Below are positions 20,181 to 34,270 of a stretch of DNA of 64,000 nucleotides, one piece after another. Both the position numbers and the translations under genes were made by a program. Origin of the DNA: Harriotta raleighana (taxonomy: Eukaryota); contig JBNZDD010013686.1 of NCBI GenBank assembly GCA_050575255.1, positions 2,756,293-2,820,292 on the forward strand, in the 5' to 3' direction. Every line of letters starts with the position of its first letter. Within the stretch, counting starts at the first letter, position 1. The notes beneath the pieces were generated by a model. The model saw nothing but the letters and a program-made list of their open reading frames with translations, was not told where the DNA came from and ran no database searches.

Positions 20181-23140
20181 TATACCATTTATCTCTCTTG
20201 TGCTTAAATAATAACAACAACTTGCATTTACATAGCAACCTCCCTGCTGGATGGTGTCCCGGAGCGCTTAATATTTTCAATCCAGGGCTTTAGCCACGAA
20301 GGGCAGGTTTGAAATGGACAGATTTAACAGTTCTTGGATGTGTAGAACCTTGAACTTTCAATATACTTTAAAAGCTAACATGTGATTTTGCAGTTCTGTG
20401 CAAAGTCAATTCATGAATACAACTCCCAAATTAGGTGGTATCTTTTTTTATATAGACCCCAACCTTGTAATACAAGATGGATTCCTGCTCTACATTGCTC
20501 TAATCTCAGAAGTGAAATATAAACAAGTCATTTCTGTTTACACGGGAAAATTGGATGATATTATTTTTCAACCCAGGCACTGTCATCTTATAAAAAGAAT
20601 AACAACATTCTTTTTTTTGGGAGCATTGAATGAAAAATACTTCCTGCATCACACTTAAAGCTCATGGAATTTCGAATAAGAAAAACATTCTTCTTGTGTT
20701 GTACTTCGAAAGATGTGGAATTCGGGGGAAAGAAAAAGGCATTGCTGTGTTTTTTTTTCCGCTGACTGGGATTGTTTGGTTGCTCGGCATGCTGACCAGA
20801 GTAAGATTTTAAAAGGTAGAAATTTGCCCTCTCACTGACAAGCTTTGAAAACATCTCTGCCTCCTATACCTTTCTCCAGCTGCCTTCCACCCCTCAACAC
20901 CCACCACCATCTACCCATGGTGCCCTATTGTCAGCAATTCTTGTTTCTCTGGGGTGGAGTTGCAGGAGGCAGCCACGGGTGCCATGACGGGCACCTGCAG
21001 GCTTCACAAAGAGGTTGGGTGCTCGTAGGAGAGACAGATTGATGTATTGTGCGCAGAGGGAGGGGGGCTGTCATTGTTATCCATGTGAACCAAGGGTCTG
21101 GGGGCAGTCAAGATTGACAGTCTTTGTAAGGTTGCTTTTTTCAGTGCTCCAACTTAATAGGCAGTAAGTCAGGGGCCCAGGGTTTCACTGCTGCGCTTCG
21201 TACTAGGCAATCATGGGCATTCAGCTCTGAGCTCATTACGCATTTGAGTGCAGCTCTGAATACTCTGAGTAGGGGAATGCAGGCTGTTAATGAGAATTTG
21301 TTGTCTGAAAGTGAGAGTGTGGGTTCTTCCAGGACAACAAAGTTCCACTATAGGAAGTGTCACATATACAAAGCCTTTGTTGTCATTCTTCCCGATTGCA
21401 TTATCTGGCCAATATGTGACATGTTGATTCTTTTGATTTAGATTAACTGAAAAACACTAATTCCTACTTTATTCATGAGAAAAGAATTATAATGCAAGTA
21501 ATAGAGTTGGTTCATCATACCCATCATGTAATGCTCCTGCATTTTTTTTTCTGGATTTATTTGGCTTGCATTTCTGCAAATGTAAAACAATTTTTAACTT
21601 ATGTTTCACTTGGTAAATCCATAATATTTTTAAAGCTTGTATTTCCATCTACATTTATACCGAAACCTACTCCAAGTGCATAATGATAGTTTATAGATAC
21701 AATTTTGCAGTTAATTTATTCTGAGTTTCAATTTGGCCATAGGTTTTGTAAGCTTTTTTTAAAAAGTCTAATTGAATTAAATGCAAACATTGAATAATAA
21801 GCAGAAGAAATCCATACACTGAATAAATGCATAAACATGCATTAAAGCATGAATTGTCATGCATTCTACATTCTCTAGATTTTTTTACTTGTGTTTTTTT
21901 ATTTACTGTTGTTACTTCAAAACAAACGACACCAAGTTACCAAAAACAAAATCTGAAAACTACCAGAGAGAGAGAGAGAATATTATTGAAAACATATTTT
22001 TTGAATGAAAATGTATCCATAGTTTTGCATTTCCTTTTGTACCATGCTTTTTTGGGGGATAATCTTAGGCTATACTTTATCATTGCTTTGACAAAGTGCT
22101 AAATCTTATTGGTTTCATGGTCCATGTAACTAATGGTATTTAGCAGCACACAAACCAAGTGGTGTGTTTTAACCCCCTCCCCCGCTTTAGTGATGCTTGA
22201 GGATTTCTATGGTGTGCACCTGTGGAGATGCAGGGGCAGTTTTAAAGGGACAACATTTTCAGGAAAAAGTGTGTGGCAATTTTTGTGTGGCTGTTTGCAA
22301 ATCTCGTCATTGTGTGAGTTACGCATGAGATCATCCTAATGAAAATGGCACAGAACTCTGCTCCCTTCAGCGAATACAAGTTTGCTAAACTATTCACATC
22401 TAAGTGCAGCATTGCACATGTTATCAATATGACTGGATTGGTTTCGGACTATGTCACTGAGCATTTTGATAAATAGATTTTTTAAATCAGTTTAATTTAT
22501 CTTGAATAACGTTTGAATAGGCATTTAAAAAATGTATCCTCTTGATCAAGAAGGAAAATTACCCTTTAAATAAAACAAAGGCTGTACAATAAACAATAAA
22601 TAAAATCTCCTTAAATAAGAAAATTAATTTAAAAAAACTTAGCAACAGGTCCCCGAATTTATTACGAGTGATAAGGTCAGAGTTTAGACCAGAAAATTCA
22701 CTTTACCTCCATCTACAGAATGATGGCTATAAATTCAAAATGTTAGAAACTGAAGCAGAATTTTACTTTGGACACTGAACCTGACATGTACCCAATGCAA
22801 TGTATTTGATTCCATTAATCAATGTATTTGATTGCACTTGTCAGTCCAGGATTCCCATGTGACTATTGAGGAAATAAGGATAGAGCAAGGAATTTTGTCT
22901 TGTATAAGTTGACAAATGCTGCATAGACAGTTCATGCCAAACTATTCTAAGAATTATTATTATCCACTTACAGATTCAGATGGGGAAACATTTAAAACCA
23001 ATTCCTACAAATATAGATAGATCTCTGTAACCAATCAATAAGAAATCTTGAATAGAAATTAAGTATTTTTAATTATTTACAAAATGTTTCTGTATGTGAT
23101 CGAGAGCATGGGTTAGAGGACAAAAGCATATTTTAAGATT

Positions 23141-23430
23141 ATAATAATATTCCTTGCATTTGATATACTGCTTTTCACGTCTTCGAGATGTCTGAAAGTG
23201 TTTTACAGAATATACTGTAAAGTGAATTGACTGCATATATGTGGACAAAATGCAGCAGCCAATTACGTACAGCAGTGTCCCATAAACATTGTGGATTTAA
23301 ATGACCAATTTTTTTTGAGGGATTATTATTAGGCATGTGGAGTAAGGAAATGTGTCCAAGATTTCGCCCTGCCTGGAATAGAACCCAGGTCTCTAACTTG
23401 TAAGGCGAGTGTTCTAATCACTGAGCTACA
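23141..23430 (-). mobile_element. Near full-length SINE family A
   Basis: Homologous to the other copies along its whole length. Confidence 0.85.
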
Positions 23431-26400
23431 ATTGGCATACTATGTCTACTCTTATCTATCCAACAGTTTGAAAGCATGCTGGAGGGGTATCAAAAACATT
23501 CTCTGATGGCACATAATTGTTTGTTTGGAGCCAAATGTATTTTTGTCATCTATGTTGCCCTGAAATCATTATTAGGAATAAAATTCTATACTCGGTACTT
23601 TAAACATAGCTGGTTCATTCACTCAACTGAACCCAGTCTCTCCGACCTGCTTCTCCCATTTCCATTAGTCCTGCTCCAATGTTGTGTTACATTGGAAATA
23701 AATCAGAGAAAATACAAATTCAGCATTTATCTAGGTGGTGTCAGTTTTGTGACTGGATACTCTGCAATTAATTATATCATTTATTTTTCAGTGTTTATTT
23801 ATTAGGCTTTTCAATGTAACTTAATTGTAAAAATACATAGATGCTCAATAGAAGTTGTACTCATTATCTACTTTCCCCAGAATTGAATCCCCAGTCAAAT
23901 GTTGATTTACATTCAAACGAATTTGCAGTGATTATGTTGCCTTTATTAATACTCAACATAAATATCATTATCCATCAGCTGCATGGAGATGCCTAGCTAT
24001 TGATGTCCATCATGACACTTCCAATGGCAAAATACGAATCAGAAATGCTCCCTTCAATGTTCCTAAAATAGCTGATAAAAGCAAACCAAAGGCACTTGTG
24101 ATAATCATATTTTGGTTCACGTGGCTGGTGTAAGCCATTGATTTACTCTATCTGATGCTAACTGTACAAAATTGTTGGGCTGGCTATCATCCCAGGGTAC
24201 TCTGTTATTTTCTACTTTCTGGACAGAACAGGTGGAACATATGATTGAAAATTCATGAAAATTAGTGATCGATTTTTGGACTGATATCTTGTGAAAACAG
24301 CTGAGCTTCAAATAATTATGGATCCGACCTACGAGAGACCTTTTGCCCTGAAAATTATGCTTCCCATTACTTGTGTGCTACTTATACCACACACTTCTCT
24401 GGTGCCACCATTTTTTAGCAAGCCAGAAAGAAGCAAAATGTGAAAGCATAACCCAGTTTGAGCAACCATGCAGCTATAATACTTGTGCGGGTGACAGTGA
24501 TGTTGTTCACTGATGTGTAGTGGTTACTCATTTCCCTTTAACAGCAACTGACATAGCATTTACATTTCAAAATATTGATCCCTATGATGTTTTGTACAGT
24601 TTCAGGGAGTAGGTGAAGCCTTTGAGAGCATATTGTGTTTTTTTAATAAATGCATCTGTAATGGGTGGAGAGTGGAGATTGCTCAGAACAGACCTAGTAC
24701 TTTGAAAATCATATGTAGTGTTGTTTAAACAAACTAAAACAGTAAGAAATGTAGTATACATGAAGTGACACAGTCATATACAGTATATATAATGTCACTG
24801 TAAAAAAAATCACTTTATAGAATATTCTGTGAAGTGCTTTGAGACATCCGGAAGACGTAAATAGTGCTGTGTGAATTGCAAGGATTATTATTATTAAAAA
24901 TATGCTAAAATGATAGTGACAGCTAATGGTGGATTTCAGTAAACTTTCATCTAATGGGAACTTGTTACCCCGGTACATATCATATAAGCAACAATCATTT
25001 AAAAATAAAAGTTATAAGCAGATTTCAAATAAGTTTTTACCAGATTTGTTTCATCTATCAGCCCTAAAATTGGACATACACACATTGGCAGGGTCTACTG
25101 GCATGAATAGAAAGTCAGAAACATCCATGGCAATAATTCTAATATTCAGAAAACAATAAGAATCTCAGAACATGTATTCCATGGTTAAACAAAAGGTTCA
25201 TCATCATAAATAATTCAATTTTAACTTTGTTTTGATGGATTCACCCCTGGACCTTGCTATATAATTATTTCGCTTATCATTGCTAAATAATTACCTGGTT
25301 GATTCTAAGTGGATCCAACCAGAATCAACAACATAAACGAAGGCCGCTGTAGGGATTGAAAAAACAAGAATAATAGCCAAATACATCGGAATCCTACTTT
25401 CCCTTTAGACTGCCATTTTGAGATGTGGGTGCTTCAGGGTTTCAGCCATTTCATTGGAGTGTCCCAGAGTGGGCAAAGCCCATTTGCCGTCTCCAGTACA
25501 GCACTCACTCTCTTAGAAGTGGAACCTCCGATTTGACACAGAATTAAACGGTGATTCTGATTCTTTTTTATTTTAAAGCTTGGGAGTAGGGAAATTCCAT
25601 TGAACTAACAAAAAATAATCAATTTGAGGTCACTGCCATAAAAGGCGTGGCCACATTTTCCTACTGGCCTTGCATATCATAGTAATCTGTCTGTCTGGCT
25701 GTCAGTCTGAATTTACGCAGCAATGCCAACATACATTGTCTGTACATGGGCAGCTCAATTCTAAATGGCACTGCTATGCTGATGACTTTGGAAATCTTAC
25801 ATTTAGCCGGTACAGTACTCAGGATATGATGAAAAGACTTCTGTTTAAACACATTAGACATTTTGCTGCGCACAGTAGCGTTCCTAACAAATGCAACTTT
25901 GGTGGCCTTGACCTTCCCTAGTATGGAAAGCTTGTGATGTGAGACTCAACCCCAAGGTCCCTGTTTCACGGCTAGTTTTTATGAATAGCTCTGTCTGAGG
26001 AGATTGTTCTGTAAGAAAAGTTCACATGATGGATTTTGAATGATCAGTTTCTTTGGCTGCTCAGTGGGGAAGATCAGTTTGGAACAGATCATTCATGGGT
26101 TTATGTTTGGATGAAAGCTGTCACAGCAGACAAGTACTTGGTAAACAGCGTGAACAAGGACTTAAACGAGAAAACCAACAGAGTGGACAACTCTGCAATA
26201 GACATTTTGTTTCCTCACAATATATTAAATAATAGCTTAGGGCAAAGTTGACTTAAGTAGTTTGGGCAATGTTTTAGGCAAAATATAATCAGAATTGTAA
26301 TTTATGTTTCAAATAAATCAGTAAACATGAAATAAGTGGAGGCAGTTTCCAAAGTATTTACCTTGCACCTCTTTCTTTCTTATGCATGTTGTAGTTTTCA

Positions 26401-29400
26401 AGTTAAACTTCAATAATAAAGCTAATTGTCTGATTCTCTTGACTATGACAATAGAGAACACCATTCTTTTATCTGTTTATCTATCTTTTCATTACTGCAG
26501 TCAAGCCCCACTTAGGTCAACTCAATTTTACCATAGGAAGTGCTTGGAATAAAAGGAAAGTGACACTATCAGAAATACATTGCAATCAAGATGAATTGAG
26601 ACAGCTACGAAAATAAATCTTCAGAAACTAAATTTAGCAGAGTTTTTAAAAAGCTTTCTGCTGAATGTAACATATATTCAACTAGAATTGTTATTCTCCA
26701 AAAGTTCATAATAGTAAAGAAAAAATTGATATTAAGAAATACATCATTAACAGAATTTTTTAATCCAAAAGGTATTCCTCCTTTTCAACTCGTACCTTTC
26801 TCAATTATGCTGACAAACTTTAATACTTGGAATGATTTATCATGAGAAAAAAGCAACATAATATAGAAGTTCTTGATTTTTGATACCCAAGAAGATGTGA
26901 ATGATCTGAAATAAAAAACATTACTGTTTTATCTTTGATGTAGTACATTTCTTACAGATAAACTCAGATTATCAGTATTTGGGGGTATTGAATGGTTTAT
27001 TTGGGGATAGATAGAACTGAAAAAAGAAGAATGTATGGACTCCTTAAATATAAACTATTAAATATTTATATATTGCTTGAATAATATAATAAACTAAAAT
27101 GGTTTACATAATAAGATGAATAAGCAACAAACTGCAGGTGTTTTGCTTATATATTTAAATACAGTTAACACACTTCCATATATTATAGTTTGACATTTTA
27201 TATTTCAGAAATGTGCGATAGATCCAAGATACGTTAACATTTTAAGTAATATTATTTAAAGAACAGTTACTCTTTTTGACTCAATATAGGCTGTTTAGTA
27301 CAAATTACAACAAAACTATTTTTGTGTAGTGTTCCACATTATACTTTATCGATACTTCTAAAAATGGTAACGTATCAAATGCTGTTTTCACTATCCAGCA
27401 TCTGGGATCTACTTTACCGCATAGATTTTGAAAAGTTTGGGATATATGTAAAGAAATGTTGCACACACTATTAATGCAATTTTGATTTGCAGCCGATGTT
27501 GGGTGACAAAGAACGGGTTCTACCCCTTTAAAAGAAGTTTGATGGCTCTGAAATGCAGTAAATATTCTGCATCTGATGGAATAGAAGAGAATGTGACTTT
27601 TGCATTGAAAGTGTCTGAAGCGGTGTTGAATGAAGCTAATTTGCCTGTGAAAAGAGTGCTTCTATTAGTCATGTCAGAGAGCTGTCAGATCGAATTGAGG
27701 AGCCCACAGTCCTTCTTTTATCAGCCTTTAGCAACTCAAGCAAGCAGGGCGATCAATAACTCCCAATTTGGAGAAGAAAGTCAAGCGAAAGAAACTGGGG
27801 TTTGTGAAAAAGCAACGGATTTTGTCAAGGGGAAATAATTGACAGGAGGGGGGAAATGGTGAAAGCTTCGTCCAGCAGTACTAAATCTCAAGAATCTTTT
27901 CTATTTAAAAAAGTAAACAGCATCAAATAACAGCATCTAAGAATTGTAATCAATTATTTGGAATTTTAAACAGAAAACCTTTCGAAATTGGATTTGAAAT
28001 GTATTTAATTGCTATATTTATTTACTTATTTACTCTAAATAGTCGGTTATATCTTTATTAATTTTTTTAGCACCACATTTTAAATGTTAATCTTCTAAAT
28101 CAAAGAAACAATCTGCTAAATGTCTGACAAGCGTTTTAGGGGGAACGGTGCTCAAAGTCATTTGCTGGTCACCTCCCTCTTAGAATGTTCCATGGTGAAA
28201 ATCTGCAAGCAACACAACATACACAGGATGCACTTTGCACAGGTTCAAAAGATCTAGCTGCATCTACAGTTTGATTTGCATTAGAAATTGTATGGGCAGC
28301 TAAAATGTCTCTTACCCAACAAATGTGGATTGGCAGATTAAAATGAACCACAGCAAATCGTAACTGCTCTTCTGTACTTGTTTCTGGGCTTTTGATGGGA
28401 AAGCTTACAGAGTCACAATTGGGATGATCAGTTGCTACAAGCGTATTAAGATTTTATTCTTTGACCCAAAGTATTATGATCAGTTTTTAAAAATAGCAGC
28501 TTTTTGAAAACATACATTGCATGCAGTGAAGTGGTTGGTTTGTTTCTGTTCGACCGCGCCTTTGGACACCTTTTCCCTTCTGAATCAGCCCCAGACTCTG
28601 CTTTGTGAAGCGCTCTGGGATGCCGTTTGGTGTGAAGGGCACTATATAAANCCAAATTGTTGTTGTTGTTCAATCACTGGACGGGAAACTCCTAAGTATC
28701 GCCAGGGGTTTCAGCATGTGTCAGATGATACCCAGTTGATTCCAAAAAGTTTACTCACCAACTTTTTGTGATTAAGAACAAATCAGTCATGTTTAATGAG
28801 TGCCTTCAAAATTAAATTCCGATTTGAATACTTCTGAATGAAATCAATATTGGCAGTCATTACTAAATATCACTGCTATAGAATAGTGATGTATACCCTA
28901 TAATTTAAATGAGCTTTCCACAAATACTGTGCACATTTTTCATTCCATCAAAAGAGCGTTTTAGTTTTTATCAACTTCGAAGTCTTGAGGCTGTTGGAAA
29001 CATTTCGCAGATCATTTCCCAGTGAGTTGTTCTTTGTCTTTCCGCTTGGTGGATGAAAGGAATTGGTTCATTTAGATCATCAATCGGATTTATAAATCAT
29101 CACTAATTTAAGAGGGTATTTAACGCTTAATTGAATATTCCCATTGTATCCGATCATTGTTCTAGAGAGAGACAGACGATGCCCAGCAACAAGGGCACAG
29201 ATTGGTAACAGAGGGCACTTTTCCCATACAATGTAACTAACTGAACCATATATTTTCAGGATTTTACAAAGAATTCAAGTGATCAGTACTTGCTTTGAGT
29301 AAATCTTGGAACTTTAATATATTCTTTTCAGAAATAAAGATCTTTGGTCTTGTCAAGTATATTAAAGATGAGAATCTTTAAAGCCTCGACTTAAAGGATG

Positions 29401-31480
29401 TTGTTAAACTCCATAAAACACACAGAGACCACATTTAACTTACTGTAATTATTTTATCTCAAATTGTCACTTTAGTTATATTTATTGTTATCAATCACTC
29501 TACCTCTACCTCAGGCGAAGAGAAACTTGACAACTTGCTGGTTGGTTGTTTGAGTACATGAATCTCAATAGCATTAAATAAATACAGGAAGTTCATTCTT
29601 GGTATGCTTTTATAAATAAAATAAATGAAAACTGGCTATAAAGATGTATCATATTGCATCAATAATATTATTATTATGATAAAGTACAATTTATGGCATT
29701 TCAAAGTGTGCCATATAGTTGGAATGAATTTGGAAATTAAATGGACTTGTTGAATTAAACCTTTATCATTGCCCTGAAATAATAAACTTGTATAGTAAGT
29801 GGAACATTTTTCCACTGTTTCAAAAGGCTGATTGCTTACATTTCAAAACACATGGAATAATATTCTGGGCTTTATGTATCCTAAAAAAAACACATTTGAA
29901 ACATTGTTTTTTAAAAATATATTGAAATTCAAGTCTTTTGAAACTCGCTTGTGATGACTTGCTTTCCAATTCAATAAAATGTGGTTAGACTTAACTCAGT
30001 AAGAATTATTGTTTAATAGATTTTCTCCATACTTGGTAAAGATAATCTTAAATGCTGCAGCAAATATATTGAAAGCACATTTTATAGAATCCGTATTAAT
30101 TATAACATATTGGAAATCATACTATTATGACTGCTGAGATCTGCCTTTAAATTCACCCCCACACTCTTTTTCTGCTATGAGAATCCTACATTGAATAAAT
30201 GTGTGTAGTTTCAGTCCAACTCCTAATGGGTGCAAGTCCACAGCACAAAATTGCACACAATTCAACACTAATTGGCATGAAATTGTCGGTTGCATTCAGA
30301 GAGTCTACACTGATGGCTGGTGTGGGAGCTGGAAATGTCACACGAGTGCAGTAGGGGGTGCTCTTTTGAGGTTGAGAGAGGGGTTTAAAGCACATCATGA
30401 GGCTGAAAAAATTGCATTAACCCATGTTAAAAAGCTACTACAGCAACTGATTGTAGTGCTGGACATCCAAAAGGGGAAAAGTATTCTGTTCCTCAACCCT
30501 GGCAATCCTCATTCTGCAAAATCATTCCCTCTCAGCCCGAGAAAAATAATACAAAAACTGAAACCAAACTGAGAATAGTGAATGATTGATAGTATAGTTA
30601 AACAATGCGATACATAAAAAGGTTCTAAAAGCATTATTGTGAAATTAAACTTATATTTATCAAATAATATGTATACATCCTATTGAGTACCCTTATTGTG
30701 GCACAGTGGTTTATAGATACCGTTTGTTTATTTGGATAAACAATTTGTTTATTTGGATCATGGACGAGGAGAATGGGTCTTTACATGAGTGGTTTCCCTT
30801 CTCTGGATCAGTGTTGTTTCTGGGAAAGTGTTTTTCATAGTCAGACAGAGTACTATGGAATATGGATGAGTTTGAAAGAACACACCTCCATATTACATGG
30901 ACAATATGAGTAAATTACAGCCTTACACAAACTTGTCTAGCTTTTTAGATAATAAACTTGGTAAAAATGGAAACTATAGATTAACAAACCTTGACGGAAG
31001 TATGGGAAGAATTGAATGGGCATGAAAGAAATGGTTCCATAGACTTTATTAATCCATTTTAAAGTTTCAGTTGATTTGTTTCCTATATCACACCAATCAA
31101 GGGACAATAATATTCTGGAATGGACACAGTGTGGAATAACATCAGATGCACCTTTGTGTTTTTGAATCAACATCATTTTAGGCTCGCTAGTAACATGTAT
31201 AAACCTAAAAAATAGAAGTAGTAAAAATTAAGAATACTTGATTAACCTGAGTGAAAGATTAAATGTTGGGAATACAAACAGAAAATGCTAGACATGCACA
31301 TAATACTACTCAGGATCTGAAAGTGAATAGAATAACATTATGAAACTTAAGTGCTAAACCTTCAAACTGCTGTGGGCTACCAATATTTTCTATTTTTATT
31401 TCAGATTTGTGTTTTTTTTCTTTTTGTTTTTAGTAAATTAAATGAAGGGCTCTCTGTCACCTTTTGTTTTGTGTAATATG

Positions 31481-31638
31481 CTATTTTCTCAGTACTGGCT
31501 ATTCTGCTCTATTTGCTAAGTTTATTGAATCTTTTGAAATGTGCGTATAATAGGGAAATCCCATTATAAGTGCACATTGAAAGGTTCAGTACACTTATTG
31601 AACAGATCAGAATAACCTCCAATAAAGTGAAAACCAGT
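31481..31638. repeat. Long degenerate palindrome (fold-back element)
   Basis: Arms ggctattctgctctatttgctaagtttattgaatcttttgaaatgtgcgtataataggga and tcccattataagtgcacattgaaaggttcagtacacttattgaacagatcagaataacc are reverse complements with scattered mismatches; centre ~31557. Confidence 0.8.
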
Positions 31639-34049
31639 GTGATTTTATGCAAGTTCGCTTAGAGTTAGTATCATGCTAGGATGAAGCCCACACACTTCAA
31701 AAGATCACTCACCAGGGGCCATTGTTTAGTTTCTCTTAATAGGAGATCCATATGATGAATACAACTCAGGATTTTTGAATATCAGCAAAGATTTTTGAAA
31801 CTTTATCAATAAAGAATTTGAAATCCAAAGAATTTCTGATTCGAAACACATTTGTCTCGACTTGCTTTCAGTTTTCTTTAAAATCAGCTGCAAAGCCTCC
31901 TATTGAAACAAATGGAATGTGAAATTCAAAGTGCAAAAAGGCCACATTCTTTTGGTTTCACCATTTCTAAACTGTTTAAGTACAACTTCAAATATTATGC
32001 TACATTTATAATTTGTCCCAACAAGCATTTTCCATTCTTTTTTGTGCAAGAGTCATAGAAATTTGCTGAAATAAATTCTCATAAAAGAACTGTTTCTTCA
32101 ATTCTATTCAATCTGAACATGTTAATAATTATACATACTGGTTATGGGTTTATAATATCCTGAAGTTAGAATATACATTGAAATGTTATACCTTTCTTCC
32201 TTTACCAAAATTAGTTTTCTTTTAGACTTGTATAGGGAGTGCATAATTTGTAATTTATTTCATGGAAGATGATGAGGAAATCTTAGACTCGACTGATTAG
32301 ATAAGCTTATCCCCTATGCTAAATGAACTGAAGGGTAAATATATATTTTATCAAATTACGTTAACTTTAATTATATTATTAACCAGTCTTATTTACTGCT
32401 TTGAGTTCATATCCAGGATAAAACAAAGTGGCGTGAAATAAAGAAGGGCTATAGGGTTGACACACTGAATATCCATTCTTAAAAGTATGGCTTTGTTTTT
32501 CTCTTTAACATGATGCCACTCATGGATATTAGAGTTGTAAATGTGGATCCAATAACAGAAACATATTAAACAAATTAGAAATAACTTGTCTTCTGCAGTC
32601 ACACATCACTTTCATTTGTTTTACTGTGCTCATTATTCTGTCCCTGCTTTCTGAAACTATGTTCTTCTACCTTGTCTTCTCCCCTGCACCTTTAAACTCC
32701 AATGTAAGATCTATCTTATTAATCATGCTTTCGATAAAGATTCTCCCCCCACAGCTCAAGGGTCCTGTCAGCCATGCTTAGCCTTTGAAATGTCCTTCCA
32801 ATGGGAACGGAGCTAGATAAACGTAAATTGTTGTTGTTCTTTTTCTACAGGAAACCTTGAAATCTTCAGGCAGTCAGAGGGACGTGAGACTTTGAATCGG
32901 ATTTTCTTTTAATGTTTCTCAAAAAATCAAAAAATACTGTTGAAAAATAAGAAAGTGAAATGGAAGCACTGTCTATATCTAGTAAAACTGTTAAAATCTT
33001 ATCATCCTAAAAAAAACAAATAGGAAAAACACGCTTTCTGTCAAGATATTAATCTCGAGTCACCATAAAAGGTGAGTAATTTATTGGATAGTGTTCTGGG
33101 ATTATTATTGGCAGAGGGTCAGTCTGCCTGTGGCATTGTGGACCTGACATTAAACCCCATATGTCATATATTGCTAAACAATCTGATATATCCATGTCCC
33201 TCATTGCTGATGGGAGAGGGGGAAGGTCATGTCAGTTTACATTGAAGACACCGGCTTTCTTTTATCTCCAGTTTATTGTTTTTGATCATCGTTAAAACAA
33301 ATTGCAATGTTGCAAGGTCTGTCATCTGAACTCCGCTAAATTAGAAAGACAAATTTGGCTGCAGGCCGGTTGCTGGTTTTCTCTCTGGAGTAAAATACTA
33401 AGCCATAGGTGCTGTGGGCAATGTCAATCAGGTGTCATTGTCATAGCAACTCTCACAGTTGGTCCAATTGTTTCTTTGCACCAAACGTAGTATGACACAA
33501 GGCTTTTAATCCTTGATTTTCATTGATAGAAATCTACTATAAAAGCCAGGTCATCTTCAATGGCAAACATTCCAGTGTTTAAATCTTGAGTGTCACGTAC
33601 AGTAAATTTAAGGATTGCTACCATTAATATTCTACAATATTATTATTAGTAGTTATTATTCGTAATCATTACCATGATATAGCCATGGTACAGCCCTTAA
33701 AATAATATTCACTTTCTAAACACTTTATACATTTATAAACATTTATATCTTTCAATGCCTCTACACCAATTATTCCAATGTAAAACTGAGGACATTTATG
33801 GAGCCACAAATAATTTCCCTTTTCATCTTCCACAAAGTAAATTAAAAATTGTGCAGTCCCCATTCATTACTACCCTGATTGTGAAAGGTGTAAGTGTAGA
33901 ATTTGCACGAATCTGATCCCAATGCAAGTACACAGTCAAAATTGTTTTAAATAGAAACAAAACCTAATGGATTCATTTCAAAATGAAATTGAAATAATTG
34001 TTATGAAGATGAATTGCACTGTTGTCACTGGACGGCAAATAGTTATAGC

Positions 34050-34270
34050 AGCTGATTTTACCCAATAGATATAGAGCAAATAATTCCATCTTATTGTTTG
34101 AGATATGGGTCTTCAGTATTCTAGTCAGCCATCCTTTGTTGTTGAACAAAATGGCAGACTGGGAAACTTTTTGTCATTTAAAGATTTTACTTGTCGGATT
34201 CCTGCTGACATTTACAGCATCATTTTCGATGCTATTAAATCTGGTTCTGCTAAACATTTCCAGCATATTC
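34050..34270 (+). mobile_element. Relic of an L1/Tx1-clade LINE ORF2 C-terminal region
   Basis: Frameshifted peptides NNSILLFEIWVFSILVS and NGRLGNFLSFKDF..IPADIYSIIFDAIKSG resemble, from memory, the fish L1/Tx1 ORF2 motif NKSLF..W....I.LV..L...G.LLSY.EF..Y(A/S)IVFDAIPSG. Confidence 0.5.

Noticed and set aside
22141-22172. TAGCAGCACA (miR-15/16-like 5' end); also the miR-138-like AGCTGGTGTT near 50556 and the miR-153-like TTGCATAGT near 17339
   Set aside because: Only 9-10 nt match; the rest of each mature sequence and a pre-miRNA-length hairpin are absent.
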